Shown here: positions 1-12,620 of the stretch, piece after piece
Layout: every line of letters starts with the position of its first letter
How positions within the stretch are numbered: the stretch's first letter is position 1
Assembly (NCBI GenBank): GCA_951406725.2
Contig: OX597816.1
Location: 20,770,001-20,834,000 of the forward strand
Reading direction: 5' to 3'
Length of the DNA stretch: 64,000 nucleotides
Source of the DNA: Octopus vulgaris
Taxonomy: Eukaryota
Notes under the pieces: generated by a model
Told to the model about the DNA's origin: nothing
What the model saw: only the letters and a program-made list of their open reading frames with translations
The model's database searches: none
Translations under genes and position numbers: made by a program

Positions 1-644
1 TTAGGTACCTAGGGGTTCCAAAGGTGCTTGGAAAATATTCTTCATTGATTTGTTTTTAAATTCATGGTGCTTTGTAATAAATTCTTTCAAGTCTTTTGGT
101 ACCAGATAATATTCCATTTGTTTGGAACTTACAATTCTGTAAAATTTTGGATTTTCTCTTTCTCTGTCTGTCTAGTTAAGTCTGTCCATAGTGTATTGTA
201 GGTGTATATGCATCCATATATACGTATATGCATACTTATAAATGTATATACATGCATATGTATACATACACTTATAAATGTGTGTATCTATTTATATATT
301 TATCTACATATCAACCTATCTATCTATCTATCTAACCTCTCTGTCTATATATCTACCCTCTTTATAATGTTGGCAAATGAAATAGGGATAAGAATGTGCA
401 TTGTCCATTTAATTGGAAAATTCTGTAAGTGGCTGAAGATTGCTCGACATTTTAAAACTGATATAATACTTACAGTGTTTAATAGAATGAAGCAGCATGA
501 AACAATTGTACTAGTCTACCTTGGATATACTTGCTGCTTATTTTCATTATAATCACCCCATTTGATTTACATGGATAATACCATACAAAATTCTGGTGCT
601 GTTAACTTAAGTACCATATTCATCTGAATTTAAAATTTGCTGAA

Positions 645-696
<52 letters not shown>

Positions 697-699
<3 letters not shown>

Positions 700-1035
700 T
701 ACCAGCGTTGCTTTACTGGCACTTGTGCTGGTGGCACGTGGAAAAACATTCGACCAAGGTCGTTTCCAGTACCGCTGGACTGGTTATTGTGCAGGTGGCA
801 TGTAAAAAACACCATTTGAGTGTGGCTGTTGCCAGTACCGCCTGACTGGTCCTCATGCCTGTGGCACATAAAAGCACCCACTACAATCTCGGAGTGGTTG
901 GCATTAGGAAGGGCATCCAGCTGTAGATCTGCCAGATCAAGATTGGAGCCTGGGGCAGCCATCTGGTTCGCCAGTCCTCAGTCAAATCATCCAATCCATG
1001 CTAGCATGGAAAGTAGACGTTAAATGACAATGATG

Positions 1036-1040
<5 letters not shown>
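697..1040 (+). repeat. Interspersed SINE/LINE-tail repeat with internal ~60-bp subrepeats
   Basis: Three imperfect GGCAYRT..AAAA subrepeats, then GGCATTAGGAAGGGCATCCAGC and a (GAT)n-like tail; flanked by (TA)n. Family not determined. Confidence 0.45.
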
Positions 1041-1073
<33 letters not shown>

Positions 1074-1077
<4 letters not shown>

Positions 1078-1476
1078 GAAAAAAGTCAAGATAGAAAATG
1101 CTAAAATAATTTTATAAAAACATTTCAGTACCGGTTTCAGTCATTGAGACTTTTTCAACTGTAACAATTTAATAATTAAATTTAGAAAAATTTGTTTTTT
1201 TAAAAGAATATTTGTATAGTATTCAAATACAAGGGGCATTTTCCTTTTTTTTCTGCCTGTCTCTGCCTGCCTTCTGACAGAGACAGGCAGAAACAAGGAA
1301 AATGTCACTTGTATTTGAACACTATAAAAATATTCTTTTAAAAAAACTTTTCTTTTAATTTTTCTAAATTTAATTATTTAATTGTTTCAGTTGAAAAGTC
1401 TCAATGACTGAAACCGGTACTGAAATGTTTTTTATAAAATTATTTTAACATTTTCTATCTTGACTTTTTTTCCATA
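1074..1476. repeat. ~400-bp fold-back palindrome, probably Penelope-like-element derived
   Basis: 1074-1265 is the near reverse complement of 1277-1476. Each arm has a degenerate hammerhead-like TTGAAAA-GTCTCAATGACT-GAAACCGGTAC motif. Confidence 0.6.
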
Positions 1477-1563
1477 TATATCAACTCGTGTGTTCCTTTT
1501 CATTCTTATACATATATAAGCACAAAAAAACACAACAACGCGAGGACGTGGAACAAATATAGT

Positions 1564-1637
1564 ATTATTGGACGCTCAAGAAAGAAGGAAAGAAGGTGGG
1601 TTTAACGTTTCGAGCGGAGCTCTTCGTCAGAAACATA
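1564..1637 (-). ncRNA. Type I hammerhead ribozyme-like motif (Penelope/retrozyme type)
   Basis: Minus strand reads CTGACGA-a-GAGC tcc GCTC-GAAA-CGTTAA...TTGAGC-GTC, giving the core, stem II, stem III and a GUC triplet. Stem I is weak. Confidence 0.55.
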
Positions 1638-1710
1638 GGAGAAGGAAAGATCCAGAGAAGGGAAGACAGAGGGAAAAAATCGCCAACGGTACACACGAGG
1701 TCACATTTTG

Positions 1711-1765
<55 letters not shown>

Positions 1766-2446
1766 TGTATGTATGTATGTATGTATGTATGTATGTATAC
1801 AGAAAACATATGTTAGATAATAATGGTGATGATATATACATTTCTAAGCCATACCTTAAGCTGATGGGTCATTGTGCTTGAGATATATAAAGGTTTCTCT
1901 TTTTGCATTGTAAGAAACTCCCCATGTTCATTGTTATTTTATATATAAGTAAGCAAAGAAGCACCTACATACACAAAAAATAAAACCTACATTAATGTAG
2001 CATTTTTATGTTTTTATGATCATTGTTCAAACATAACTTTAGCCATTTCATCCTGGCATCAGTTGGACAAGAATTTTGAGAGTGTTTTACGACCGAATGC
2101 GTTAACTGACGCCAATCCTTTTAGTTGCCTTTTGTGACAGAGAGGGACACATTGTTCCAATTCTAAACACCCTGATACACATGATTATTTAAGTGCTTGT
2201 AAGCTTATATCACTGCAGTTATATATATATATATATGCTTTTATGTGTACATTTTAGTTACAACTAAGGGAATTTCACTTTTGTTATGTACCCACTAGGG
2301 TGCATTTCATATGCACTGCTACCACCTGTAGCAAAAATAGTGTTCACTTTTGGATCAATTTTGATAGGGAATAAAAATTATGAATCAAATGGATTCTTGA
2401 ATTTGAAATTATCAGAGGGTGTTGTTTCAGATTAGACCCTCATAAG

Positions 2447-2673
2447 CACGTTCTTTGCTAGCTTCCTCTTAAAGAAGCTTGGAAGTAAAGAGTTACACCA
2501 TTATCAGTGTAATTAGCTTTAAAGCTCGTCTTTGAATGCCATATCACAGGGTTTTGCTTAAGATTAGTCACTCCTAAACACGTTCTTTGCTAGCTTTCTC
2601 TTCAAGAAGTTTAGAAGTAAAGAATTACATCATTATCAGAGTAATTAGTATTAAAGCTGGTCTTGCAATACCA
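2447..2673 (+). repeat. Local direct duplication of ~95-130 bp
   Basis: CACGTTCTTTGCTAGCTT...AAAGCT occurs at ~2448 and ~2579. Confidence 0.7.
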
Positions 2674-2916
2674 AATTTGGATAATATGCTAGAAATAATA
2701 AAATAAATACAAGCAGGAACACTAATTAGATGATCCTTGAGTTTAGGGCATTATTTTCCCTTTTGTAATTTTACATTTAGTATAATTTTTGATTAGTGGC
2801 TGGTGAGGAATTCCTTTCTTTCTGGAGTGATTCCTGTTTAAAACTTCTTTGTCAGAGACTTGAAATATTTTGTGCTGATGGTCATTTTTTTTTTATTGTT
2901 ACATACATGGTTATGC

Positions 2917-3171
<255 letters not shown>

Positions 3172-3174
<3 letters not shown>

Positions 3175-3428
3175 CCCAGAGGTTATGAAGTAATGTGGGC
3201 GGCAACAGCAGTCATTTTCGATGTAGAGGAAAAATTAACCATATTGAGCATGAGGAAGAAAGAGGCGACGAATTGGAAAGGTAAACAACTTGAGATGATA
3301 ATTCAAGCGGACAATTCTATGCTGGGGGAGGGGCATACTATACGTGTATCGGTGGTGGGACGTAGGCCCAGATGTTTCAAGTGCGGACAGAAGGGCCACG
3401 TTCGCTCCGAATGCACGAAGGAAAAAAC
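3172..3428 (+). pseudogene. Tx1-type ORF1 fragment, a sister family of the full-length element
   Basis: [27 protein letters not shown]...[19 protein letters not shown] aligns with ORF1 [27 protein letters not shown]...[16 protein letters not shown], with a small internal deletion. Confidence 0.85.
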
Positions 3429-4041
3429 GGTTTTCTTCACAACTTCAATCACTGTTCTTTCATCTTTACATAATGGCAATCAACGAACAACCGGTCTTTA
3501 CAAACTGGTTACGACATCGGCATCTCATAATATTATATACAAAATAAAACTCAACCGTGACAGACACACACATACATATATTGGCCAACTGCAAGCCCTT
3601 TTGCGTCTGACCACGGTCACTGCCACATCGATATTCTTCACTCTGCAGTAAGACTTCATTTCCACACACGCCAGCTGAATTCAATTCGTCCCCAGTTGAA
3701 AGATGCCTGTTGTTATGACCTGCTATTATTTTATATTATTGTTATTTTTATTGTATGCCTATTTTTCCGTCCTTGTTTTCGTATACATTCGATGCTTTTT
3801 TTCCCAAGGAATCTAACACTCTTAGATTAGTTTTTCCTTGGAGCTGGTTAGATTGGAGCAATCTCAAGATTAATCAATCGAATTTGCGAGAATGATCTGG
3901 TACTTGACTGGAGATAAAACCCTTCGAATGACACGTCCTTGTTTTGTTTTTTTTTGGTACCGTCTATCTGGATGATTTGTTGTCCCTTTTTGTATCATTT
4001 AGTTGTCCTGATGTTTTGCGTTCTTGTCCCAATTTGTATTT

Positions 4042-4104
<63 letters not shown>

Positions 4105-4106
<2 letters not shown>

Positions 4107-4555
4107 GCATATGACAGAAATTGTTGTATACAGTGCTCAGGTGCACTACAACTAAAAAAAAGCCATCAGGTGTACTGTTGGAGGATTTCAGGAAGTTTTG
4201 AAGAATTTAGTGTCTCGACAGCTAACGACAGAAGCTTGAACAATTCTGAGCGTGAAAAAATGTTTCCGAAAGTCATGGGTGATGCGTTGCTTTTTGATTT
4301 TGTCAGCATATCCACGAGTGTTTAACATAAGGAGTTTAAAAAGGTGCTCAATGTTGTTGGAAAATGGTAGGTGTTCCTGTTTTTATAACTATCCAGAAGG
4401 ATAGACATATCGTTGAGAACAATAGATTTAGTTAGTGGTCTTGTTATCTTAATTCTAGCTTTTGCGAAATGGAACATGTTAGAAAGGTCAAGTGGGGAAG
4501 ACATTATTTCGGCTTCGCTAAAGCAATCTGCCAAATGTAAAACTGCTGTCAAAGA
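4105..4555 (-). mobile_element. 3' fragment of a CR1/L2-like LINE
   Basis: Minus strand translates NTRGYADKI...HDFRKHFFTLRIVQA-SVVSCRDTKFFK, resembling the CR1 RT C-terminal TRGH...R.HFF..RVV motif. Confidence 0.6.
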
Positions 4556-5109
4556 AAAACTCTTGTTTTACCATTGAACCCTATCAATAGCCATACCCTT
4601 GAAATTTATGACCATAAGCCCTACTATTTGCTTGTTTAGCCAGAGTGAAGAAGGAAGCCCCTATTCAGTCATTTCACTTACTAGAAATAGCAGCTAACTC
4701 CACACTAACTCTGCCAAACGAAACTCCAACGTCATAAAATAAACGAAGGATAAGTGTACGTCAGACAATGTTCTCGAAATATATATAAAGATGGGATAGT
4801 CTTGCCTGGCACACCTCCTCACTGACAGCTGAAATGTTAATAATAACCCCTCAATACAACACCGGAAGGGAATGAGATCGAAACTAGTATCTCTTGGTTT
4901 GAAGTAAACTTCTCACTTTAGCAACGTATGTGATCGTTCGATTTGCTAGACGTAGCAACAAAACCGAAGCATTCAAAGTTGACGAAGAAAATGTCAGTTG
5001 CTTAAAAATATATTTGTTATTGATCCATATACGTAGTTTGAATATAATGCACCGGTCGAGGGTGGGACGCTCTGGTCAGAAGTCGGTCAGATTCATGCAG
5101 TGTGATCTG

Positions 5110-5428
5110 CTACTCACCAGCCAGTCAATAGCCCACACTGCTGATAAGTTATTAGCCGCGCCCCCTATCTTGGTGACGTCACTTCTCTTAGACGTTTACA
5201 TTACACAATGGTAAGAACGTATGTTACGATTCAATATACAATATCGATATATACTTACAAATAATTGATTTAAAGATATTGAAAATAGTTTCAACTGAGA
5301 AATGTAAGGATTGAATGTGTTTACAATATAGCAGGTAATTAAGTGTGATTGGAATAAATAATTTACACATCAGTGGGTGCATCATTAACTTGTGTAAAGA
5401 TAGTCTGTGGAAAAAAAGCGGAAAATTT
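5110..5428 (+). promoter_or_regulatory. U2 promoter (representative; conserved upstream of 10 intact copies and 2 stubs)
   Basis: Conserved ~320 bp: SPH/ZNF143-like CTAC(T/C)CACCAGCC near -315, TGACGTCA near -255, and a strongly conserved -100..-1 block as candidate PSE. Motif roles are inferred from position. Confidence 0.7.
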
Positions 5429-5620
5429 ATCGCTTCTCGGCCTTTTGGCTAAGATCAAAGTGTAGTGTCTGTTCTTATCAGCTTAATATTTGATACGGTC
5501 CCTATTTGGGGCCATCGATATTAAACTGATTTTTAGAACGAGGCGAAGTGTTAGGGGCTTGCTCCGCCTTTGCCATGGGTTGTCCTGGTATTGCAGTGCT
5601 TCCAGGATTCAGCCCACTCC
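5429..5620 (+). ncRNA. U2: U2 snRNA copy 1 (variant: GTAGTG in the branch-point recognition sequence)
   Basis: ATCGCTTCTCGGCCTTTTGGCTAAGATCAAAGTGTAGT... through stem-loop IV ATTGCAGT. The 3' end is approximate. Confidence 0.95.
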
Positions 5621-5629
5621 CACCCGGGA

Positions 5630-5655
5630 GATACAAATTAAAAATAAAATCAGAT
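5630..5655 (+). terminator. Candidate snRNA 3' box
   Basis: ACAAATTAAAAATAAAATCAGA follows each U2 and ends in AAARNNAGA, as the metazoan 3' box does. Confidence 0.5.
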
Positions 5656-5959
5656 ATATTGTTACAACCACCTTTTTTTTTCATCATCTCAGCGGGTTTT
5701 CATTAGTTGTCGTTGCTAAAGACCTTCCTCGTCGTCAGCAAGCGGTTCACGTTCGATCCCGACTCAACCCCACGTTTTTTCCACTTCACTACAACAGAGT
5801 ATGACAACAGTAAAGACAATGTGGATGCACAAAAGAAGTGACATTCGCTATCTATCAACCTACTAGAAATAGCAGCTAACAGACAGGATCAATCGGTAGG
5901 AATTCCAGTATCTGCCGCCAATAGTACTTACTAGTATAGTCTTTGAAAGAAAACAGCAG

Positions 5960-6683
5960 GGATCTTTTCCTTTTGAACGACAGTTTTAAAAACAATTTCT
6001 AGTTAACTAAACACTTTTAAACTTCGTATACTGGTAGAATGTGTCAAAATAAAACATCTTTTTCTTTTGGCTCTCTTGAGAAAATTGTAATTTGTAAGTT
6101 TAACGTAGTTTAATTTTTCGAATTTTAACCAATCGATGGCCTCTATTTAACTAAAATCATTTTCTGCGTCTAAAACTGAGACAACATCCTGTCACTGTTA
6201 TGTTTACGTTCGGAAAGCGTGTGTATAAAATTATAGAATTATTTTGTTTGTTAATTGTCTAAATTGTTTTCCATTGCTTTCGTTTTAGCCTTTCGTTTTT
6301 TTTTTCTTAAGCAATGGAAAATAGTTTAAACAATAAACGTGTATCTCAAAACAAAATGAATAATTTTAGACACACGCGTAACAATTAAATTAATTTAACA
6401 ATTAAGAAGAAAAAAAAACGAAAGGCTAACATTTAGGGTAGGGTCAGTGAGAGGATGTTGTCTCAATTTTAGACGCAGCAAATTATTTTAGCTGAATAGA
6501 AGCCATCGATTGGTTAAAATTCGAAAAATTAAACTACGTTAAACTTACAATTTACAATATTCTCAAGAGAGCCAAAAGAAAAGAGATGTTTTATTTTGAC
6601 ACATTCTACCAGTATACGAAGTTTAAAAGTGTTTAGTTAACTAGAAATTGTGTAGAAAACTGCCGTTCAAAAGGAAAAGATCC
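5960..6683. mobile_element. MITE with ~230-bp TIRs (GGATCTTTTCCTTTTGAAC...)
   Basis: Long inverted termini. The right flank lacks the TSD in this copy. Confidence 0.8.
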
Positions 6684-7237
6684 GATATATTTCGTCTTTA
6701 CTTTCATTTTACTTGTTGCAGTCATTAAACTGAGGCTATTTTTAGTCGAATGTATCAACTCCAATATTTTTTTAAATGATTTCAACAAGCACATAGTTAA
6801 ACCTAAAAAGTCTTTCAACATGATAGAGATAACAGCTAAATCTTTAAACATTATTTATATAAATTTCAAATAAACAAAATGGGAAAACGTGGTTGTAAAA
6901 ACAAAACAAGACATTTACATTCTTTAAATATGGGGCGGGGTTTGTTTGAGGGGGCTTTTTTTTTAAGGGTCTTTTGACAAGCTCTAATTTACCCGCGTTT
7001 CATATCATCAACTAGTAAATCAAAAGAAATTCAACTTATTGCATCTTTAACGACTTCGGTTATTACTTATGAGAAAAAAAAAGGCGGCGACAATGTATTA
7101 TTTCAAAAGTGGATAAAACAAATTAACATACTGGGGTGGGGTGGGGCTGAGATTCTAACTGGGGGTGGAGGTGGGGCTGAGATTCAAACTGCGGGTGCTG
7201 AGCACCCCATAGCTTCCCCATGGCTACGTGCCTGGTT

Positions 7238-7554
7238 GCAGGTCAGCGTACATGAATCTCACTGATCTCTGACCAGAGCGTCCATTCCTTGATTAGTGTA
7301 TCTAACATTCAAATCATATTCATAGACTAATAACAAATATTTAAGAGACTCACATCTTCGTTAATGTCGAATGCTTTGTTTTGATTGCTACACCTTGTAA
7401 GTCGGGCGACCAGGTACGGATTGGTTCGTTGTTAAAGTAACAAGTTTGCTTCAAACCAACAGGTACTCGGTTTCGTACCACTGTTTACCATATTAAACGT
7501 AAAATATTATTTACAATAGCGTCAGGTGAACGTTGTGAGGGAAACTGGACTGGT
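7238..7554 (-). repeat. Inverted copy of spacer plus the distal edge of the U2 upstream region
   Basis: Reverse complement of the CCAGTTTCACTCACAACG...GACCTGC spacer; a second copy is at 29401-29716. Confidence 0.8.
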
Positions 7555-7585
7555 GTTGCAGTGCTTCCAGGATTCAGCCCACTCC
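7550..7585 (+). pseudogene. U2: U2 3' fragment (stem-loop IV only)
   Basis: CTGGTGTTGCAGTGCTTCCAGGATTCAGCCCACTCC followed by the normal downstream flank. Confidence 0.85.
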
Positions 7586-8115
7586 CTCCCGGGAGACACA
7601 AATTAAGAATAAAATCAGATATATTGTTACAGTCACCTTTTTTTTCATCACCTCAGTATGTTTTCCGTTAGTTGTCGTTGCTAAAGACCTTCCTCGCCAT
7701 CAGCAAGCGGTTCCCGTTCGATCCCGACTCAACCCCACGGTTTTTGTCCTCTTTGCTTCTTCATTTCAAATACCGTCATCTCTTACACACCAACCCCTAC
7801 CAGGTTCAGTGCCTTCAGAGGAGGCCCTTTTTTTCTTTTAAGAGGTCGATTCAGGTCTCCCCTTTAAGTATACTTTTCCTTCTCTCTCCTTCACACAAGT
7901 CTCAGGTGCCAAGCAAAGTCACACGGAAACTGCATTTCCACTTCACTACAGCAAAGTATAACAACAGCAAAAACAATGTGGATGCACAAAAGAAGTGACA
8001 TTCCCTATCTATCAACCTACTAGAAATAGCAGCTAACAGACAGGATCGATTGGTAGGAATTCCAGTATCTGCGCCAATAGTACTTACTAGTATATTCTTT
8101 GAAAGAAAACAGCAG

Positions 8116-8840
8116 GGATCTTTTCCTTTTGAACGGCAGTTTTCAACATAATTTCTATTTAACTAAACACTTTTAAACTTCGTATACTGGTAGAATGTGT
8201 CAAAATAAAATATTTTTTTCTTTTGGCTTTCGTGAGAAAATTGTAATTTGTAAGTTTAACGTAGTTTAATTTTTCGAATTTTAACCAATCGATGGCCTCT
8301 ATTTAGCTAAAATCATTTGCTGCGATTAAAACGTAGACAACATCCTGTCACTGTTATATTTACGTTCGGAAATGTTGTGTATAAATTTATAGAATTATTT
8401 TGTTTGTTAATCGTCTAAATTATTTTCCATTACTTTCGTTTTAGCCTTTCGTTTTTTTTCTTAAGCAATGGAAAATAGTTTAAACAATACACGTGTATCT
8501 AAAAAAACCCAAAAAAACATATCATTTTAGACACACATGTAACAAATTAATTAAACAATTAAGAAGAAAAAAACGAAAGGCTAAAATTTAGGGTTAGGGT
8601 CAGTGAGAGGATGTTGTCTCAATTTTTGACGCAGCAAATGATTTTAGCTTAATAGAGGCCACCGATTGGTTAAGATTCGAAAAATTAAACTACGTTAAAC
8701 TTACAAATTACAAAATTCTCAAGAGGGCCAGAAGAAAAAAAAATGTTTTATTTTGACACATTCTACCAGTATACGAAGTTTGAAAGTGTTTAGTTCACTG
8801 GAAATTATGTTGAAAACTGCCGTTCAAAAGGAAAAGATTC
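8116..8840. mobile_element. MITE with 8-bp TSD AACAGCAG
   Basis: AACAGCAG|GGATC...GATTC|AACAGCAG. Confidence 0.85.
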
Positions 8841-9471
8841 AACAGCAGATGCGATTGTCACGGACGGGAGGTCTTGAAATCACAATAAAACGCTAGTATG
8901 TATTTCCGTCTCCTACGCGAGACTAATACCCATACAGCCCCTAATTACTTCAAAAAGATTTTGGTGCCGCCAGATGTATATAAATGTAAACAATAATCTA
9001 TGATAAATTAAATTTTTATATTGCAAAATCAAATAAAACTAACAGAAAGAGGGAAAATAATCCCTTCCACTGAAGGCAAAGGCTTTGAAATGTGGGGGGA
9101 GGGGACTAGTCGATTACATCGACCTCAGCTTCCACTGGTACTAAATATATTGCTACAAATAGCAGCTAACTCACCATCAACAAATCGACCAAGTGATTGC
9201 AACATTGTTTGCTCAATGAGAACTGAAATGTTAACTTCACCACAGTCCAGTTTCACTCACAACATTCACCCGACGCTATTGTAAATAATATTTTACGTTT
9301 AATATGGTAAACAGTGGTACGAAACCAAGTACCTGTTGGTTTGGAACAAACTTGTTTCTTTAACAACGAACCAATCGCTACCTGGTCACCCGATTTACAA
9401 GGTGTGGCAATCAAAACAGAGCATTCGACATTAACGAAGATATTTGTTATTGGTCTATATATGTGATTTGA

Positions 9472-9790
9472 GGGCGCAATGGCCCAGAGGTTAGGGCAGC
9501 GAACTCGCTGTTGTAGGATCGCAGATTCGATTCCCAGACCTGGCGTTGTGAGTATTTATTGAGCGAAAACACCAAAAGCTCCACAAGGCTCCGGCAGGGG
9601 GTGGTGGCGATCACTGCTGTACTCTTTCGCCACAACTTTCTCTCTCTCTCTCTCTCTCTCTCTGTTGTTGGCCTGCTCGTTTAGCCTGCGGTGTAACGTC
9701 ATTTAAAAGCTAAAAGAATGCAAAGCGCATTGTGGCCAGCGATGAAGAGCAACATCTAATAGCCTGGTCGGTCACGGTGATCACAGTGAT
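9472..9790 (+). mobile_element. tRNA-derived SINE
   Basis: A box TGGCCCAGAGG and B box GATTCGATTCC, followed by a non-tRNA body with (CT)n. Confidence 0.8.
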
Positions 9791-10190
9791 ATATGATTTG
9801 AAAATATGATGCACCGGTCGAGGACTGAACGCTCTGGTCAGATGTTTGTCAGGTTCATGCACTGTGACCTGCTACCCACCAGCCAGTCACTAGCCAACAC
9901 TGCTGATAAGTGATTAGTCGCGCCCCCTATCTTGGTGACGTCACTTGTCTTAGATGTTTACTTTATATAATGATAATAACGTATATTACCATTCAACATA
10001 CAATATCTATATAAACTTACAAATAATTGATTTAAAGATATTAAAAATATTTGAAACTAGGAATTGTAACGATTGAATGTTTTTACAATATAGCAGGTAA
10101 TTAAGTGTGATTGGAATAAATAATTTACACATCAGTGGGTGTAACATTAACTTGTGTATATATAGTCTGTGGTAAAACCGTCAAAATTTT

Positions 10191-10382
10191 ATCGCTTCTC
10201 GGCCTTTTGGCTAAGATCAAAGTGTAGTATCTGTTCTTATCAGCTTAATATCTGATACGGTCCCTATTTGGGCCCATCGATATTAAACTGATTTTTAGAA
10301 CGAGGCGAAGTGTTAGGGGCTTGCTCCGCCCTTGCCACGGGTTGTCCTGGTATTGCAATGCTTCCAGGATTCAGCCCACTCC
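10191..10382 (+). ncRNA. U2: U2 snRNA copy 2
   Basis: Full-length match; loop IV variant ATTGCAATG. Confidence 0.95.
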
Positions 10383-10642
10383 CACCTGGGAGATACAAAT
10401 TAAAAAGAAAATCAGATATGTTGTTACAGTCCTCTTTTTTTTCCATCATCTTAGCGGGTTTTCGTTAGTTGTCGTTGCCAAAGACCTTCCTCGCCGTCAG
10501 CAAGCGGTTCAGTTCGATCGCGAGTCAAACCCATGCATTTTGTCTTCTTTGCTTTCTCATTTCAAATCCCGTCATCGCTTTCACCCCACCCCTACCAGGT
10601 TCAATGCCGAAGATATCAGTCCCTTAAATATTTGTTATTGGA

Positions 10643-11930
10643 CTATATATATAAAACTGAGAATGTGTGTCTTGTCTGTCTGTCTTACTGTGTTTCCCTA
10701 AAACTTGAGAACTACACAACCAATTTCATTCAAATTTTACACATGCCTTACTAAGGGTCCATATAGTTTCATGTGCAAATAAAATGTTCAACGACTTGCC
10801 TTGGGCGAGCCCAAGGCAATATCATATCTTCTCCACTATTTCAGAATTACGTGTTAAAAGTCAAACAAAAACTATTCTTAATTTTATGTGAGATACTTTC
10901 ACTGTCAAATTAGAGATAATAATAACAATTGAATTATATGTAGCAAGTGATAATTAAAATCAAACTCAAGTATAATATAATCGTAACATAACAAAAGTAA
11001 AAGTAGCAATTGGTACAATATTACATCATGTACTTGAACTTGAATAAGTGATTTCACATGAATGGGAATAAAATAAATTAAATCAACTGAGTACTGCTTT
11101 TTGATTCACCGCAAGGTTTTTTGTTATTATTATTACTATTGATATCACGTTTGTTCGTTCCTCGTTTCCTACGGCGGTTTTCGGTTTATTCTACCGCTTT
11201 CTCTTAGGTTATATTATTCTATTTGTCTTTTCACTGAGTAAAGGAGAATATAATGATTCAACGTCACTTGTACTAAAGTGTTATCATTATACCTAAAAAC
11301 CCTAACTGCAGTTATAACGTCATAGAGACATATACGCATGGAACGCTATATTAATGACATGTATGTTGAATATTTTAATCGTGTCCTTTAATCCGCTGTA
11401 AGAAACATAAATCAAAGATTACAGAAATGTATATTTATCTATGCTTAGTTGAAAAACAAACATGAAGAGAAACATTTTCTTTTAAATTAATTTTTTATTA
11501 TATAAATATAACATTTTATATTATTTACAGTAAGAAAGATAACTTTGACGTGAAGAAAAACGACTATAAATTCCTTAGCTAATTTCTTGTTTCTATCTAA
11601 TACATTAACCAACAAATCAAAATAGATTTGTGATTAACTTAGACATGGCATAAAAATTACCGATGTCTCCAAAAGAGTGAGTGACGTGGAGTTATGTGAC
11701 AACCAACGATCACTATAGTTTCTTCCCAAAACCCGGGTTTTTATAACTGCTCAACTTGACTGAAAAGAATCGAAATTCAGGACAAATATTCTTTACGAAA
11801 CATTTAGAATCTTTATATGAGCAGTTATATTAACCAATAGGAAAAAAGAAAATGATAATTCTTCGGCAAAAACATTACGTCATATTGCCAATTCACGCCA
11901 CATTTCAAAATGGCTAAAATGGTTATTGCT
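10643..11930 (+). mobile_element. Probable 3'-truncated non-autonomous Helitron-like element
   Basis: 5' end CTATATATATAAAACTG..(GTCT)n resembles the element at 40885. Shorter copies start at ~17361 and ~25247. No 3' CTAG end seen. Confidence 0.45.
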
Positions 11931-12119
11931 ACACTCGCAAGGGAAACGTTGTTGTGTTGCATTTGTTAAATAATTGTAAACTGTAACCCTCCCCATCTGG
12001 GAGAAGGAACTTTGTTTATTGTTTAAAAATTGAATTGTGTCCCTGTTTGGTGAAATTGACAATATTTTCACCATTTATACGGAAGAATTTTTATTAGAAT
12101 GCTTTCCATAGAAGAAAGT

Positions 12120-12620
12120 GCAAAAATGAATTTCGCTGCAGCCGTCGGCGGGCGCCACTCAATAAAATTAAAATGGAAGAAATACAAACCTATTTCGGAT
12201 TAATCACCGACAAAGACGGTGAATCTAGGATAACACCACCAAACGAAATAAAAAATTAAATTAAAGAAAAGACTATTGTCTATAAAGTATACAATGTAGA
12301 GAAAAAAAAGATTTGAACACCTGCAGGAAAGCACAATCGAAAAGTGTCTTGGTGCGACTATGAAAGATTAAAGTATCTAACCAGAGGCAGTAAATTCCCC
12401 ACAATAGAAGCAAGGTTCGAGTCAACGGAGCGTGCAAGGGAGTGCTCGACTCGAACCTTGCAAAGTGGAAGTATTCTATTTTTACCTTTATATCTAGGAC
12501 GTAGGACGTCCCGGACAAAAATTAAAATTTTCCCCCCAGAAGTCGAGATAGGCTGGATTGTAGCCACACTTCTATACAAGAGGAAGGACAAGATACAATT
12601 GATCGAAATTGCAAGAGACG
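12120..12620 (+). pseudogene. Decayed ORF1 of an older Tx1-like family
   Basis: FAAAVGG...PPNE...YKVYNVEKKR...TIEARFES...ILFLPLYLGRRT versus ORF1 FSDAVGG...PPPE...YRVYNIKEKR...TVEAHFET...IILLPLYLGCRT; has stops and frameshifts. Confidence 0.85.

Noticed and set aside
5490-5804. Recurrent ORFs overlapping U2 and its flank (MLRLCHGLSW..., ...NIDGPK)
   Set aside because: They recur only because the unit is repeated; frames and stops vary between copies.
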